From Eukaryota sp. GEM-RC1 (Eukaryota): a stretch of DNA of 64,000 nucleotides. The notes beneath the pieces were generated by a model. The model searched no databases, was not told the origin of the DNA, and was given only the letters and a program-made list of their open reading frames with translations. Each line of letters begins with the position of its first letter. Position 1 is the first letter of the stretch. A program made the position numbers and the translations under genes. The stretch spans positions 1,302,001 through 1,366,000 of the forward strand of contig JAUFOQ010000013.1 of the NCBI GenBank assembly GCA_040285855.1. The letters run 5' to 3'. This document shows positions 12,128-25,449 of this stretch, in pieces.

Positions 12128-13808
12128 ATGAAGACCCTCTCACCACTCGTAGCACTCTCTCCAAGGCAATTTGTTGGTATGGTTTATCGTATTTTTTTAC
12201 CATAGGTGTTAAAGGCGCGGCTCCTATTGTATCTGACACTCTTGCAATTCTCTCCGATCTATGGGTTTGTTCTTTTATGAAAGATATTTATGTCCTACAT
12301 CCTTCTGAGTTCCAAACGCTCAAAAAAAAAGCTATCTAAGGCTACTGGTACTGAGGTTACCTCCATTCAACCAATGAGTGAACAACAATGCCTTCTTTTG
12401 AATGATAACGGATGCTTACAAACGATCTCTGCACAGATTGTTGATGAAAAAGTCAAAGCCTCTGTTACTGCCTTCACTTCCCGGGTTAAGCCAAACCAAA
12501 AACTTGCAACTGGTGCCTCGTTTTTCTACATTCATGACGATTCCAATGTAGCCGCTTTTTCTCGATCTGCCATTGATCAATCGATTGAAACAGCCGAACT
12601 CGAACCTCTTCACACTTTTGGATCACCTTCCACTATCCTTAACCTGTCCAGTTCCCTTTATAACCCTTTCGTAACCGTCTCTACTGATTCCAATGGTCTT
12701 TACATCCTCTCCGATGATCTCCAAGTGATACACCATTATGACATTCCCACTCTTTGTTCAAGTCCAGTCTCCAATGACTTGGTTCTGACTTGCTCATCCT
12801 CACTTCTCTCTCTTCTACAGGTCTCTGATGGTGAACTTTTCGATTCCATATCCCTCCCAGAATCTTCTTCACGCTACATTAGACTCCTTCGACGTTCCGA
12901 ATCTGACTTTCTTGTCCTCGTTGCTTCTCCAAATACTGCCATCTTATGTACCTTCTCTCTTGATCTTGGATTCACTTCCTCTTTCCAGGCTTCCTTCCCC
13001 GCCCCCGTTGCTTGCTTCGCCCCTCACTCTCTTCAACAAGATGATGATGATAACTGGAGCTTCTGCCTTTCTTATGTGGCTGTAGAACCAACTACTGACA
13101 AATCAACAAATGCTCTTTACAATGAACGTATCCATTCATCTTCCTTCACACCCTTCTTAATCTCCTCTAAAGTCACACCCACACCTTCTGAACTTGGAAT
13201 CCACGGTATTCTCTCCACTATCTTGGAACAAATGACTCATGGATTCACTCAGATCAATGATCGTCTTGACTCTTTAGAATCTAGAATCAACACTCTCGAA
13301 CTCCCTGCTGCTCCCCCCTCAACAGAATCTCAGTATAAGACAAGTCTCTAACGGTCCAATTCTAAGTAGTGAGGATCAGTGTAGTACGGAAGATGAAGAA
13401 GAATCTATAGTTGATGAATTTAAAACCAATCATGATGTGTTGTTAAACAGTCGTGAATACGCGAATGTGATTGAAGAGATCATTGATTGCCAACATTCCC
13501 TTGGTGTAAAAGGGCAGTTGTTGACGTGGGTTTTTGACCGTGCTGACGAGAAGAGTGAGAAAAAGGGTCGATTTTGGACTCATGTTCATAAAACCAAGGA
13601 AACTGTAATTGAACGATTGTTGAAGTTTTTGGCAAGATATTTTAAAGAACAGTCTGACTTTAGACATTTCGATTATGTTGCTAAAGCTGTAAAACATTTG
13701 AAAAAAGATGGTTCTTGGTCAGCAGGAATGTTTTCTTTGTTGTCTGATGCTTTGAATGACTTAGATTGTGAAGAGGTGGAGGAGCTTTTGAATGAGTTGT
13801 CTGTATAA
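12128..13808 (+). CDS. Beta-propeller (WD40-like) plus coiled-coil and C-terminal helical protein; one intron (12177-12205) and two homopolymer frameshifts
   Basis: ATG at 12128 and a 29-nt GT-AG intron. Correcting the A9 run (~12322) and C6 run (~13313) joins ORFs 12290-13351 and 13437-13808 into one frame. The layout is EDC4-like but this is unverified. Confidence 0.65.
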
Positions 13809-13859
13809 TTGAATAATAAATGTCTTTGAACTTGTTTATTTGTCTGCTGAATGCATTCC

Positions 13860-14621
13860 AATAAAATACAAAATGTATTTAGCTGAATTAAACAATGTAC
13901 AGTATAAATACAGTAAAATACAGTCTACCCTCCCATTATGACCAAATATTCACTGTCCGACTTTTTGTCTTCCCTTAACCGATTCTCTTACTCCAAATAA
14001 ACATGTTTCCTTTTTCGTATTTTCGTTATCAACATATCGTGATCTCTTTCGTTCATGTTTTTGATGGTTTTCATATCAAAACTCACATTTTTGACTTCAC
14101 ATATCTATATCCAACATATCAGTCTGCTAATCTTCTTCAACGAGAACTCAACGATAAGGGTACAGTATAAGATTGTATTCGTTTCCATTTCCTGCAGGTG
14201 CTTACAACGATATCCAACAAAAGTTCAAGGTTGATCTCCACTAATTCATTGATTACAGCATCTGAGTCCTGCACCACGTTCTCATTCTTATGTTCCCCAA
14301 GTTACTTCTTGGATTGTTAGAATGTATTGAGGAAGATACTACATCATAGAGAGGTTGATGGACCTGTGAGATTCATTGATGAACACAGATTGAGTTTGAT
14401 AAATGCAAGTAGATCTTAACCATTGGTCTGAAAGATCGGAAGCAAAGGGTGACTGCAGCACGTGATATCATTATAATGTACAAAAATGAGCCGAAGAAGC
14501 ACTTGTCAAGATAAATGGAAAAATACAGTAAAATACAGTTTGTAGTTTAAATCACACTGTTTGAAAAATACATAAAATACACAAATGCATACAATGCATA
14601 TTTCTGTATTTTACAAGTATG
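13860..14621. mobile_element. Degenerate DNA-transposon/MITE relic with AAATAC subterminal repeats
   Basis: aaatacagtaaaatacag occurs near both ends. The right end, reverse-complemented, reads catacttgtaaaataca, similar to the CATAGTTGGGAAATACAC terminal inverted repeat (TIR) at 61938. The left TIR and the TSD are unclear. Confidence 0.45.
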
Positions 14622-14629
14622 GCATAAAC

Positions 14630-15205
14630 AGTTTATTGATGGAGGATACAAAAACACACATCAAAATAAAAGTTATGAAACACTAGTCACAGAAAATTCC
14701 TGGTCAACAGCACCACAGTTTTTATACAACTTTGTGAAAATTGATTTAAAAAACTTAGGCATCGAACGGAACAAAGAAAAAATCAAACGATTTTGCCAGA
14801 TTGAGAATTTAAATCTCTTATTCTGAGACTTACACATAGATCCAAAATCAGTTAACAACTCAGAAGCCACATATTTTGTATATATAAATTTTGATTGAGT
14901 TTTGCAACATCTTTGGAATACAAATCAATTTTACGTTTTTCAGCTGTTTCTAGGTGATTGAAACCTTTTGAATTTACGTCATTAACATAAGTTTGAGCAC
15001 ATGGATCTACTGTTGTACCATCAAGGATAATTTGACTAGAATCAATACATGGACCATGTAAGTCACCTCAACGAGAATTATTAATTAAATCAAGACCCAA
15101 CTTACTAAATTAAGGTTCAACTTTGGCATGAAATCCACGAGCTTTAAACATTCCAAATGTAACATCTCTGACAGAATTATGAAGAACTGAACGAAATTGA
15201 ATAAA
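14630..15205 (-). mobile_element. RLE-type non-LTR retrotransposon 3' fragment (endonuclease region), degenerate
   Basis: Translates FRSVLHNSVRD...FKARGFHAKVEP*...GDLHGP...IILDGTTVDP...ETAEKRK...WQNRLIFSLFRSMP, homologous to 60480-60980. Confidence 0.85.
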
Positions 15206-15402
15206 GTTGGGCTCTTCATGTTATCAGTTCTGAAACCAATTTATCAACTTGGTTCGGCTGTAACATGAGTGAACAATAGATGTGTTTTTTTCAGTTTGTT
15301 GATCTTAAAGTGAGTTATTTTGTTCTCCTGCTCAGATTTTGTGCAACTTGTGTTGGCGCCAACAAGCAACACATGTTGCCAACACCGTGTTGAACCGAAC
15401 AG
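15206..15402. mobile_element. Right half of MITE family X (CAACACGTGTTG-rich ends)
   Basis: gctcttcatgttatcagttctg...ccaatttatcaacttgg...ccaacaccgtgttgaaccgaac matches 26657-26845 and 61177-61340. Confidence 0.8.
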
Positions 15403-15422
15403 AGTTTAAAATCTCTACTAAC

Positions 15423-15598
15423 CAGGCTTGTAGAAAACGTTGTCCAAAAATAAAAAACGAAGTTTTTCTGTCGTTTTTACGTTTTTTTTCGAAATTAATA
15501 AAAAGCGTTCAAGAAGGGTAAATCAACTTTTTCAACTTTTCACAATTTTCTCACTTCATTTTCATCAACCAAATCTTTCGTAGTTCGATCATTGTAGC
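15423..15598. mobile_element. Terminal fragment of the CAGGCTTGT-TIR element (family Y), ending ~10 bp before the BTB gene start
   Basis: Reverse-complement match to ~26326-26501, starting exactly at the TIR caggcttgt. Confidence 0.8.
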
Positions 15599-15608
15599 AG
15601 AAAGTTTT

Positions 15609-18600
15609 ATGTCGCAAGTTTACAAATCTTGTGTCGCAAGAAAATTGCTACCCGTAAAAGTGACAACAAATTCTAATGATATCGTTTCCCAACTCTACCA
15701 GAACAAACAAAAGCAGTTTCTCACTGACAAGAGTCTAGTCTTTCACGGTCAATCCTATCCTTGTCATTCTTCTTTTCTCTCATCCTTCAGCCCAGTCTTG
15801 AAAGAAAAGCTACTCAGCTCCGATCATGAAGTAAACTTCCCCCAACTAGAGTCTATTGTCCCTGATCCCGATCTCTTCTTCCAAATCCTAGACTACTGTT
15901 ACGGACAACCCTTTCAACTTACCTTGCAGAACTTGGCTAATGTGCTATCCGTAGCTTCTTCTCTTCAACTTTCCTCTTTAGTAGACGCCATTTATAAAAT
16001 TATTTCTGGAGGATTTTCCAAACCAACTCATCTTCAGTTGAAGTCTGAAGAAGTCTTGCACACTATTAAAACAAGTGTTGAGCGTGATGTTATGCTTTCT
16101 TATAAGAGTAAATCTCTAACCATTAGCTCATTGGTTTTGATTTGTTGTTCTGAATATTTTAAATATCTGTTTTGTTTGAATTTTGCAGACTCAAATGAAC
16201 GAAAGTTCTCTTACGTGGAACAATTTTCTGGTGTGTCTCAGTCAAATTTTGAGACTTTTTTTAATTATCTTTTGGTGAAACAATTAGTCTTGATGTCAAC
16301 CATGTCGTTGATTTTTTACCAATTGGCAGTTTATTTTCAAGTAAAGAATCTGAAACAGGCTTGTAATTCATTTGTTTCTTGTTTTCATTCTATTACTGAT
16401 ATACTCTTTTTATTGAAGACTATTTCGGAACGGAATCTTCTTAATATGCTGAAAGATAATTTAAATCTCTTTGGAAAATTAAACAAAGATCTAGATCTAC
16501 CCTCACCTTTCCCTTTACCTCTTTCATTTATCCTTCTTTTAATGACGAAGGTGACTAATTCTTGGTTGTTAAAGTGTCTGACCGTGTCCATTACCAATCA
16601 AGTTTTCGATGAGGAATGTCATACATTAAGCCAAGTATTTGAAAAAATCTTAGTTTCAGATAAAATTATTCAACAAGTTTATAATTGTTTGCTTCCATTA
16701 TTTGATCAGAATTACGTTCATCAATTCCTATTTACATGGTCAATGAAAGTCTTTCAGGGGGTTCAAAATGTTCAGGTTATCCCTGATCAATGGTTTTTGT
16801 GGTGTTTATCTCAGTCATGTATGAATTTTAAGAGATGGAAAATTTCAAATTTCAACTTTTTCATTCAGAATTTCTCATTAATCATTGAAGAATGTGTTCT
16901 GGCCAGTGTTTCCATTACTGTTTGTCTTGCTCCTGAAATTTTTTCAAAGTTGAAGAAGATATTATCTCCTGTTTATGATCTATTTCTAATCAATTGTCTT
17001 GTCATGTCTTGGAAAGAAACTGAATTATGGTCAGTAAATGAGTTTCACAAAGTAATTGTTGATTTTGATTTTGGGCCTAGTGCAAATGTATTTCAAATTT
17101 TAAACAGTCTCTCAGATTTGACATCTGATACAAAACTTGCTCCTTCTCTAACTGTCGACTTGTTGAAGCATTCTTTGACAGCATTGCAGCACTATCACCA
17201 GAAAGTCAACGTGATGGAACAACAATTCTTACTCTTAAACAGTGAATTAAAGAGCCTCAAACAATCTAATATGCCTTTGATTGAGAAACATAAAGCTCTA
17301 ATTGGTACTTTTGATTCCAATTTCTGCGGTTCAAAACTTTATTTATCAAATACTAACACAGTTGTTACAAAGACTGATTCTGGTTCCAATGACAGTAGCT
17401 TTGTAGCAGTTAATCTTTCAGACTTTCATTCCGTTAAATTTACTAGGTTGGATGATCTTCAAGATCTTGAACCGTCAGGATGTGATGACCTTGGTTGGAA
17501 AACTATTAGTATTCTCCAAGATGCTTGTGACTCGTGTCCTCATATTGCACATAAAGGTTTTGGTAAAGGACTTTTCTACCCCTTTGATCCAAGTTTCCCT
17601 AAAATTACCAAAGATGAGTCAATTACTGTCAGTTTTTCTAATGGTAAAGCTTACTTCAAACCTTCTACTAGTACAACTACTTTTAGTATTGATATTCCTA
17701 TTAATTTGGTTTTTGGATTGACTGTTTGGGGTCAAAATCATGAATGGAAAGTGGAACTTACCACCTCTGTGACAAAATGTCCTTTTCAGTGTAATAAACC
17801 TGATCAAAGAGGTACAAGAAATTGTCAAAGCATTTCTACACAATCACACTCTAAAGCAGAGATATCTAGAAGTGCTTATGCTTACGATTTTCAAGAACAG
17901 CGTAACAAAGCTAAACAAGATCATCTTTTCGCTACACTTAAAGTCACCACAGGTTTATTAAACAAACTATCAGAGTCTAACAAAGTAAAGCTCTTCAGTA
18001 GTATCGTAGAGATCTTCAAAAGACAACATCCTTTTTCAAAGTGTTTTTCAAACGAATTACTTGCACATTTCAAGATTGAGTTTGTCAATCTTCTATTTGA
18101 CAAGGCTGTACTTGAACCTTCTTTTGTCAATCTTTACTCTCAACTTTGTCTCACCTTAACCAAGCTATTTCCGGGATTCGCTCATATTTTAGTTACTCAA
18201 TGCCAAACTTACTTTGAACAGTTCTTCTTGAAAGGAATTCAAATAGGTGAAGACGATCTACTTGAGAGAGATCTTTATGTCAACTACGGTGAGGTCACCG
18301 AAGCTCAGTTTGATGCTGAGCGTTTTTATAGGAAAACAAGTTGAAGGCAAAAGTTTTGGGTAATCTTCGCTTTGTTGCTTCTTTAATTCTTCACTCAGTT
18401 ATCCCTCCAGGAGTAGCTTCATCAATTACTAAACAATTAGTTCAAAACTACCAAAAACCAATGGCAATTGAAGGACTTGTAACAGTATGGACTAAAATAC
18501 TTGAATCAGCTGGAATCAATGAATATATTGAAACAGTGGCTCAATACATCAGTAAGTTCTCTACTTGTGCAGAAATTCCTGTCAAAGAACGTTGTCTATT

Positions 18601-19235
18601 TGCTAATTGGATGGACTATTTCAATGACAAACAACGTGAACAAGTGACCTTTGCTCAAGATACTAGTAAGAAATCTGAAGATGGTTTTGTTGCTGTTGCA
18701 ACCAGTAGGAAAGGAAAAAAGCTAGTCTTTATACTGACGAAACAGTCCAGAAGTTCCTTGCCAATATTGATAAGATGGGAATATCTGATTTACTGCCAGA
18801 GTTCTACAGACTTCGGTTATCTGAACCTGGCAAGATTTCTTTATTGCTAATGTATTGTTCCACTTTACTAACTTGAACAAACCCCTACTTCGAGACCAGT
18901 TTCAGTTTATTATGAATGAATTACTCAAAGATAAGAATGGATTGAGAAAGGATCACTTTGTAGCTGGTTTTTTTAAGTTCTGTAAAGATGGGCAGTATGA
19001 TGATCTTTTGGAAGATTTCCCAAAAGCAGGTGAGTTTTTGGCACCAATATTGTCAAATTGGCTTGAGATGGGTATTGCAAAAAGAGAGCAATTGGTTGAT
19101 TGTTTTGTGAGTATCGACCCTTTAAATCTTTCTAGTTTAGTTACATCTGTTGTTGATTATCGCAAAGAGCTTGAATTTGAGTATGAGTGGCTGGAAAAGA
19201 ACGTGAAAGTTTGTAGTATTTTAGCGTACCATTAA
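15609..19235 (+). CDS. Chimeric BTB/POZ-BTB-(SPRY-like) protein fused to eIF4G-like MIF4G and MA3 domains; several homopolymer frameshifts
   Basis: Two BTB domains (YPCHSSFLSSFSPVL; ISSLVLICCSEYFKYLF). In the same frame follows GLLNKLSE...LFDKAVLEPSFVNLYSQLC...FAHILVTQCQTYFE, then (after a frameshift) VLGNLRFVASL, which together form MIF4G. The MA3-like part reads HFVAGF...YDDLLEDFPKAGEFLA. Confidence 0.75.
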
Positions 19236-19399
19236 ATTTGTAAATTTGTAAACATTCTGTCGTCTGTAACATACGACACACAACGGTATATTCACACTTT
19301 TCGCTGATAATTAAACAGATTTTCGTGTCGATGTCGCTTTCTGACATGTTAGATAATGACTGATCTACTACTTTATTATCATACTATAGAGTGAAATAT

Positions 19400-19660
19400 G
19401 ATCTTCTACAACCACGAAGATCTATGTATCTGTACACGTACAGATGTAGCTGTGAAACAACTGGAGGGTATACTAAACAATAATAGATAAACAAACGCAT
19501 TGATCATATGTTATGGTTGAATCAAATCGTTTTTACTGTTTTAAAACAATTCCATTAATAATCTTCAAAACTTTACTTGCTGTGTGTTCTTTTTTTTAAG
19601 AACAAATCTGTTGTAAGATTTGATAGTGACGGGTGCTATTTAATCATTTCAAATATTCGG
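19400..19660 (+). mobile_element. Degenerate non-LTR retrotransposon 3' end
   Basis: atcgtttttactgttttaaaacaattcc...gttgtaagatttgatagtgacgggtg is nearly identical to 55310-55440 and to the reverse complement of 37580-37720. Confidence 0.75.
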
Positions 19661-19789
19661 ACTGTTACACTGGTCACAATATTTAGTCGTAGTGGAAAAT
19701 TAGTCTCACTGAGACTAATTTATGTTTTGCGTTCTTTTCGACATTTTAGAGGCAAATATCTAAGGCTGTTAAAAAGTTAAGATAAGATC

Positions 19790-19931
19790 ATCGGAACTCG
19801 GGTCAGGTCATGTCTCGGGTCAGGTCAAGATACCTCACATCGGGTCTTGGGACAGGTCAAGATATCTTCCATCGGGTCTCGGATCAGGCTAAGATACCTT
19901 GTCTCGGGTCTCGGGTCAGGTCAAGATATCT
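19790..19931. repeat. Tandem repeat of about 4 x 32 bp (consensus catcgggtctcgggtcaggtcaagatatcttc)
   Basis: caggtcaaga or caggctaaga recurs at 19821, 19853, 19885 and 19917 (period 32). No unique spacers. Confidence 0.85.
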
Positions 19932-20851
19932 GCCTTCAAGTCTTCGATGTTCATTGATTATGTTCTTTAATTCAAAATCTAACATAAACTAGTACAAAAC
20001 TATTATTGTGTAATAAGCTGTGAGTTTGGACGATTAATAATAATATACAAAAACGAACAACTTTACACTCACAACCATACTTGTGGATCACAAACACATG
20101 TGATCACACTGCCCTTTTTGTGATCACATCACTTGTGATTCAAATGTGATCCATACTGAAGTGAAGTCAGTTATAGAAGTCGGTTATTTGCTATTGAATG
20201 TTGCATTCCAATCAAAATATATAAAACCAATTAAACAATCTTTAAAAAATATATTCAGCTGAATTAATCAATGTGTATTTTATCAATAAGTCGAACTCTG
20301 CCTGTTATCAGGATGTATTTCGCTTTTAATTCATCAAACGAGCAACAAAATAGCAGAACAACAACTGGAAAAAGAGACAATAGAGAGCGTCAATTGAGTA
20401 TTGATGTACAAGTGTTTTTCCAAGCAAAAGCATTGATTTTTAACCTGGACATATTTCATTAATGGAAAGTAAGAGTTTTGAGCTGCTATTTGTAACACGA
20501 TTAAACGTACTGTTGTTTATGTCTTCAGCGTAACTTTAATTACGCCTATTAGACATCTCCAAATTTCTGTTTATAGTTATAGGCATCCACGTTGTCATAT
20601 TGCCTTAAAAGCTGTTTGAGGCTGGGGTTGGAAAAAAATATAGAAATAATATTGCATAAATATTTATGTTTTTTTTCATCATATTGAAATTTTGACGAAA
20701 TAGATTTTATGTTATAAATTAACGAAATACAAACAACTACATGTAGTACTTAAAAGATATTAAATGATCCACATCTACTCTTGAACTACCACGATACAAT
20801 TTGTCCAGAATACGATTGAAATACTAAATATTGAAATTTTTATTCTTTATC

Positions 20852-23341
20852 ATGACTGATTGCAATATTTATTGTTCAGCATGATGAAACTTTGAGGAAG
20901 CCAAAACTTGATGTTTCGAAGATTTTTCATCAAAAATTTGTCCAAAAACACAACTACAATCCTCCTCTCAAAATGTCTATTCCCATTGTTCCTGACAACC
21001 CTGATCTTGATGAAGTGGAGTGGTTTGTCTCCACATTTGCTGAAACTTCTCGTGAAAAACTTGAATCTTTTCTCTCCTCTCTTGCCTCTGGCGTTGATGA
21101 CAGAGAAGCCAGTGTTAGAGCCCTCGTCAAACGCCACTTTGATGGTTTAGTCACCTACAAACAACTTGTGGATGCTCTGGGAGCACTCTTTGATCCTTCT
21201 TTTGTAGGCAAAACCAAGGCTCTTTCAGAACGTCTCCACGAACAACTCGCTGTCACTGAAGAAACCTACAAACCTCTCTTCAAACAATACAGGGCCCTCG
21301 TTGTCTCGCGGAATCTTCGTCAAATACATGAGAAACGTTACGGGGTCTCAAAGATTCAGGATTCTCTACGGCAGGCAATAGAGACCAGTGATTTTGAGAT
21401 GATTGGGAAGTATTGGAATGATATTCAGTCAGTTAAAGGATCAACTATGTTTGTAGGTCAGGTAATTGATGAAAAAGTTAAAAAATCTCTTGAGAATGTT
21501 CGAGAATCGTTATTTGATAGAGTCACCCACTTGAGTTTTGATCACAATAACAAGTTTTCACAGCATGTTCCAGAAGCAATAATCACACTGAGCTCTATTG
21601 GATTGCCCACGACATTCAGGTCAAAAAAAGATGACTTCAGAAGACTGATTTCTAAGCAACTTCCAATGTTTTCTGGTCTAGATATAGACTCTTTCCCAGC
21701 CAGCGGAATTCTTTTTTTAATTACTTGCTCCTCGTTATTGAAAAGTTACAAGGAAAATTGTTTTGAACATAATTCTAGATTTAAAGAAGATGTTGCAGGA
21801 CTTGCTGTAGACTTTGATGACGTCAGCATTAGTGATGAGCAGTCTTTTAATGTTTCAGATAATTTAGAATATTTGTCATTTCAGTTAGACTCCGACTGTT
21901 TGTCTGAAGTTGGTGTAAGTCCTTTAGATTCTGTGTTTTCTGGATTTATTCAAGGAATTTGCTTGTCGTTCAGTGTTGGTGGAGGTTTTGTTCAAGTTTT
22001 AAAATCAGCATTTTCTAAAATTGTTGAAACCAAAAATTCAGAATTTAATGAACTTTTTCTCACACGATTATGTCAATGCACTTCGGAAATTTTATTTTCA
22101 ATATTTTCAAATTCTCTACGGAATGCATTGTTACTAAAACATGGTTCTAATGATGATGTCAAAGCACCAAACTCTATCGTATCACTGCCACGTGGTGATT
22201 CATCACCTACTTATCTTGACCCCTCTGATTGGGTGATTGTGAGCCCTTCCAGTCAGACTTTGATTGAAGTCGTCGAAGTTCTAGAACAAATCAAAAATCG
22301 TGGTGTTCTATCCTCTACGTCAGCACTTTCCTTTAACACTCTGATGGTTGACGTGATTCTGTCCCTCATCAAGAGAATCAAATCTGAGTGGAATAAGGAC
22401 TTAAACACGTTATTGGGAGGTGGATCTCAAACCAGCGAATCAGTGGATATGAGTGGAGATAAGATTGGTCACGTTTTGGCATATTTTGAAGAGAGATTGG
22501 AAATTTTAAAAAAGTTGGTTATTCCGGATGTTTTGAAATTGTCTGAAGGAATTAAAAGGAGATTCAATCACCAGTTGTTGATCTTTTGAGGTCGCTTCCA
22601 TCACTTTTGATTAGACTTGTTGACGTCATTACTAGTGGTTCTGAACCCCTTCCTATTTCGGTGATTGAAGATGACGTTAGTGTAAAATTGTGTGGGATAT
22701 ATCAAGATGTATCACTTGTAAAGCAAAATTTACCAGAAATTGAAGGAATTTTACGAAAATTTGAATTTTTTAACGATGATGAATTTATTGGCTCCGAATT
22801 GTCGATTTTAGAAAAAGAACTGGACCTTTGTGAGAATAAGTTGATGCTTGTGCTTTCTAATCACTACGACTCAATATTATCAAGTAATTTAAATTCTGGA
22901 TTTTTTGCTGATTTTTTCGTTCCAAATCAATTTATTGGTCTTAGAGAATGGATTGTGGCCTTTATTGACCAAGTTTTCTTTATTCACAGTCACTTGTATT
23001 CAATCAATTTCAAACACATTCAACAGATCTTTAAACGATTATTTGATCAATTGTCGGAACGTTTTTTCACTTCTTCTGAGAATCTTGCCATGATTTCTGA
23101 TTATTTGGAAGAACCGCAGAGTTTTCTACAAGGAGTTTGCGAAATTTTGTTTTTGATGAGAATTTTTGCTTCATATCTCACTGATGATGCTATTTCTAAA
23201 TTTAGTGATACAATTGAAAATTTAATGTTGATTGATGATGACGAGGACGATGTAGATACCGACAGGATCTGTAAGGAAGTTGCGCTGCCTTTAGTCACTC
23301 AAGAAATGAAGAAATATTCGCATTATGCTGTTATATCGTGA
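20852..23341 (+). CDS. EXOC2: Exocyst complex component Sec5/EXOC2-like; frameshifts near 20868 and 22555
   Basis: Sec5-like motifs VRALVKRHFDGLVTYKQLVD, SLRQAIETSDFE, GLREWIVAFIDQVFFIHSHL and LQGVCEILFLMRIFASYLT. The two ORFs join at an A-run. Confidence 0.7.
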
Positions 23342-23526
23342 ATTACATTTGATATATTTCACCATTTTTTAAAGTTTTAGAAATGCCAGATTAATTGCAC
23401 AACATGTACATATTTATACTTTTTTGTTAACAGTTTTAGTTTAAGAAAGCCGATTTCAAAAGAATAAATCTTTGAAATACCAACAAAAATAATTTAAAAA
23501 AATGTACAATTATTCCATCCAAATAT

Positions 23527-25363
23527 TTACATTATCGCTGTCCCAATACTATTAAATCTTTCTGTTATTTCAGTCTGTATGCTCTGCAACTCATGTAAAA
23601 GTCCATCCTCTCCCATAGAAGGTAACAAATACTTCATTCTAGCAATCTTCTCAGTAGTATCAGCCAAATGAATATTAATAACGTCCATGGTAACACCTTC
23701 CTCAGAAGAAACCGACTTCTTTGCTAAATCATGAAACAGTATAATGTTCTTCAACATCCATACTGTTTTATAAAAAGGACAGAACGAATCATGTTCTGAA
23801 TAAGAATTCTGTTGTAAGAAATCTTCTTTGAGCATTTGCGCTGTTGCTAACGTGATCTTTTGAGCTTCTGATAGAGAATCATGACCCACCAACTGCACAA
23901 TCTCACGTAAACCCTTCTCATCCTGTAGAACTTGACCTGCAGTAGTTCTAATTGACAGAAAACTCTGATCAAAGTCATCGTAAAAGTCAGTTAGAGCATC
24001 CCGATACTTAGAAAACGATTGAAGCCAATCAATTGCTGGGAAATGCTTTCGTTGAGCTAACTTCTTGTCTAACCCCCAGAAACAAGAGACAACTCCAAGT
24101 GTAGCCGCAGTAACAGGCTCAGAGAAGTTCCCTGCAGGTGGAGAGACAGCTCCAACAATAGACAGCGTTCCTTCTCTACCAGGACTTCCTAAGCAAGTGG
24201 CTCGCCCAGCACGTTCATAGAAAGAGGAGATTAGAGAACCAAGACGAGCTGGATATCCACTGTCTGAAGGCATTTCTCCCAATCTACCACTGATTTCCTT
24301 GAGAGCTTCAGCCCAGCGTGATGTTGAGTCAGCCATTAGACACACGTTGTAGCCCATGTCACGATAGTATTCGGCTAACGTGATCCCAGAATAGATGGAG
24401 GCTTCACGGGCAGCGACTGGCATGTTACTAGTGTTACCAATTAGGCAAGTACGTTCCATGATTGAGACTGATTGACCATCAGCAGCTGTGATCGTGAGCT
24501 CAGGGAACTCCATTAGAACTTCCGCAATCTCATTACCTCGTTCCCCACACCCAACGTAAACTACAATGTCAACGTTGGAATGTTTAGCAAGTGCGTGGGA
24601 GATAACCGTTTTACCTAGGATAAGAAGGAAGAAAAGACAACAAACCACAGCCAAAGGAGCCGGGTAAAGCACAGGTAGCACCAAGGACGAGAGGGAATAG
24701 AGAATCTAAGACACGTTGACCAGTAAGGAGAGGAGATTTGCCGGCAAGTTTCTTGGCAACAGGACGGTTTTGACGGACTGGCCACTTTTGGTACATTTTG
24801 ACTTCAACATGAGAACCTTTATGATCCTCAACGACAGCAATAGTCTTCTCTATATTATAGGATCCTTCTGGGACAATTGAAACAAGTCTACCATAAAGAC
24901 CTGGGGGGATCATGATTTTATGTAATACAAGGCCAGTCTCGGGTACTGTTCCAACGACATCTCCATGGGTAACGAGATCACCAGGCTTGAGGGTGGGAGT
25001 GAAGTCCCATTGTTTGGTTCTCGAGAGATGATCGAGTTTGACTCCACGGGGGATGTAGACTGAGTTTTCTTGAATGGCAATTTCAGTTAGAGGACGTTGG
25101 ATACCATCGAAGATGCTAGAGAGGATGCCTGGACCGAGTTCGACAGAGAGAGGTTCCCCAGAGCGTTGTACTGGTTCACCAACAAAAAGTCCTGAAGTTT
25201 CTTCGTGAACTTGGATGGTTGCCTGAGAGCCAGAGAGTTGAATGACTTCGCCAACAAGAGAAGAATGGCCAACATATACAAATTCGTACATACAAACTCC
25301 TGCCATTTCATCAGCAATAACAACAGGGCCAGAGACAGATATGATTTTTCCAGGTTGGAACAT
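23527..25363 (-). CDS. ATP6V1A: V-type ATPase catalytic subunit A; 2 exons (intron 24615-24645)
   Basis: [11 protein letters not shown] and LLTGQRVLD. Splicing the 31-nt intron restores the P-loop GSFGCG|KT. Also [24 protein letters not shown] and [12 protein letters not shown]. Confidence 0.97.
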
Positions 25364-25449
25364 GTGATATTAGAGAAGTTAAGAAAAGACGAAGTTGAAG
25401 TTGGAGGTGGGGAAAATTGATTCAGTTGAATCAGATTCTATGTTTGGAG

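Noticed and set aside
19790..19931. CRISPR-like array
   Set aside because: The units are contiguous with no unique spacers, there are no cas genes, and the context is eukaryotic.
24611..24684. Intein or split gene at the V-ATPase A P-loop
   Set aside because: The break is fully explained by a 31-nt GT-AG intron.
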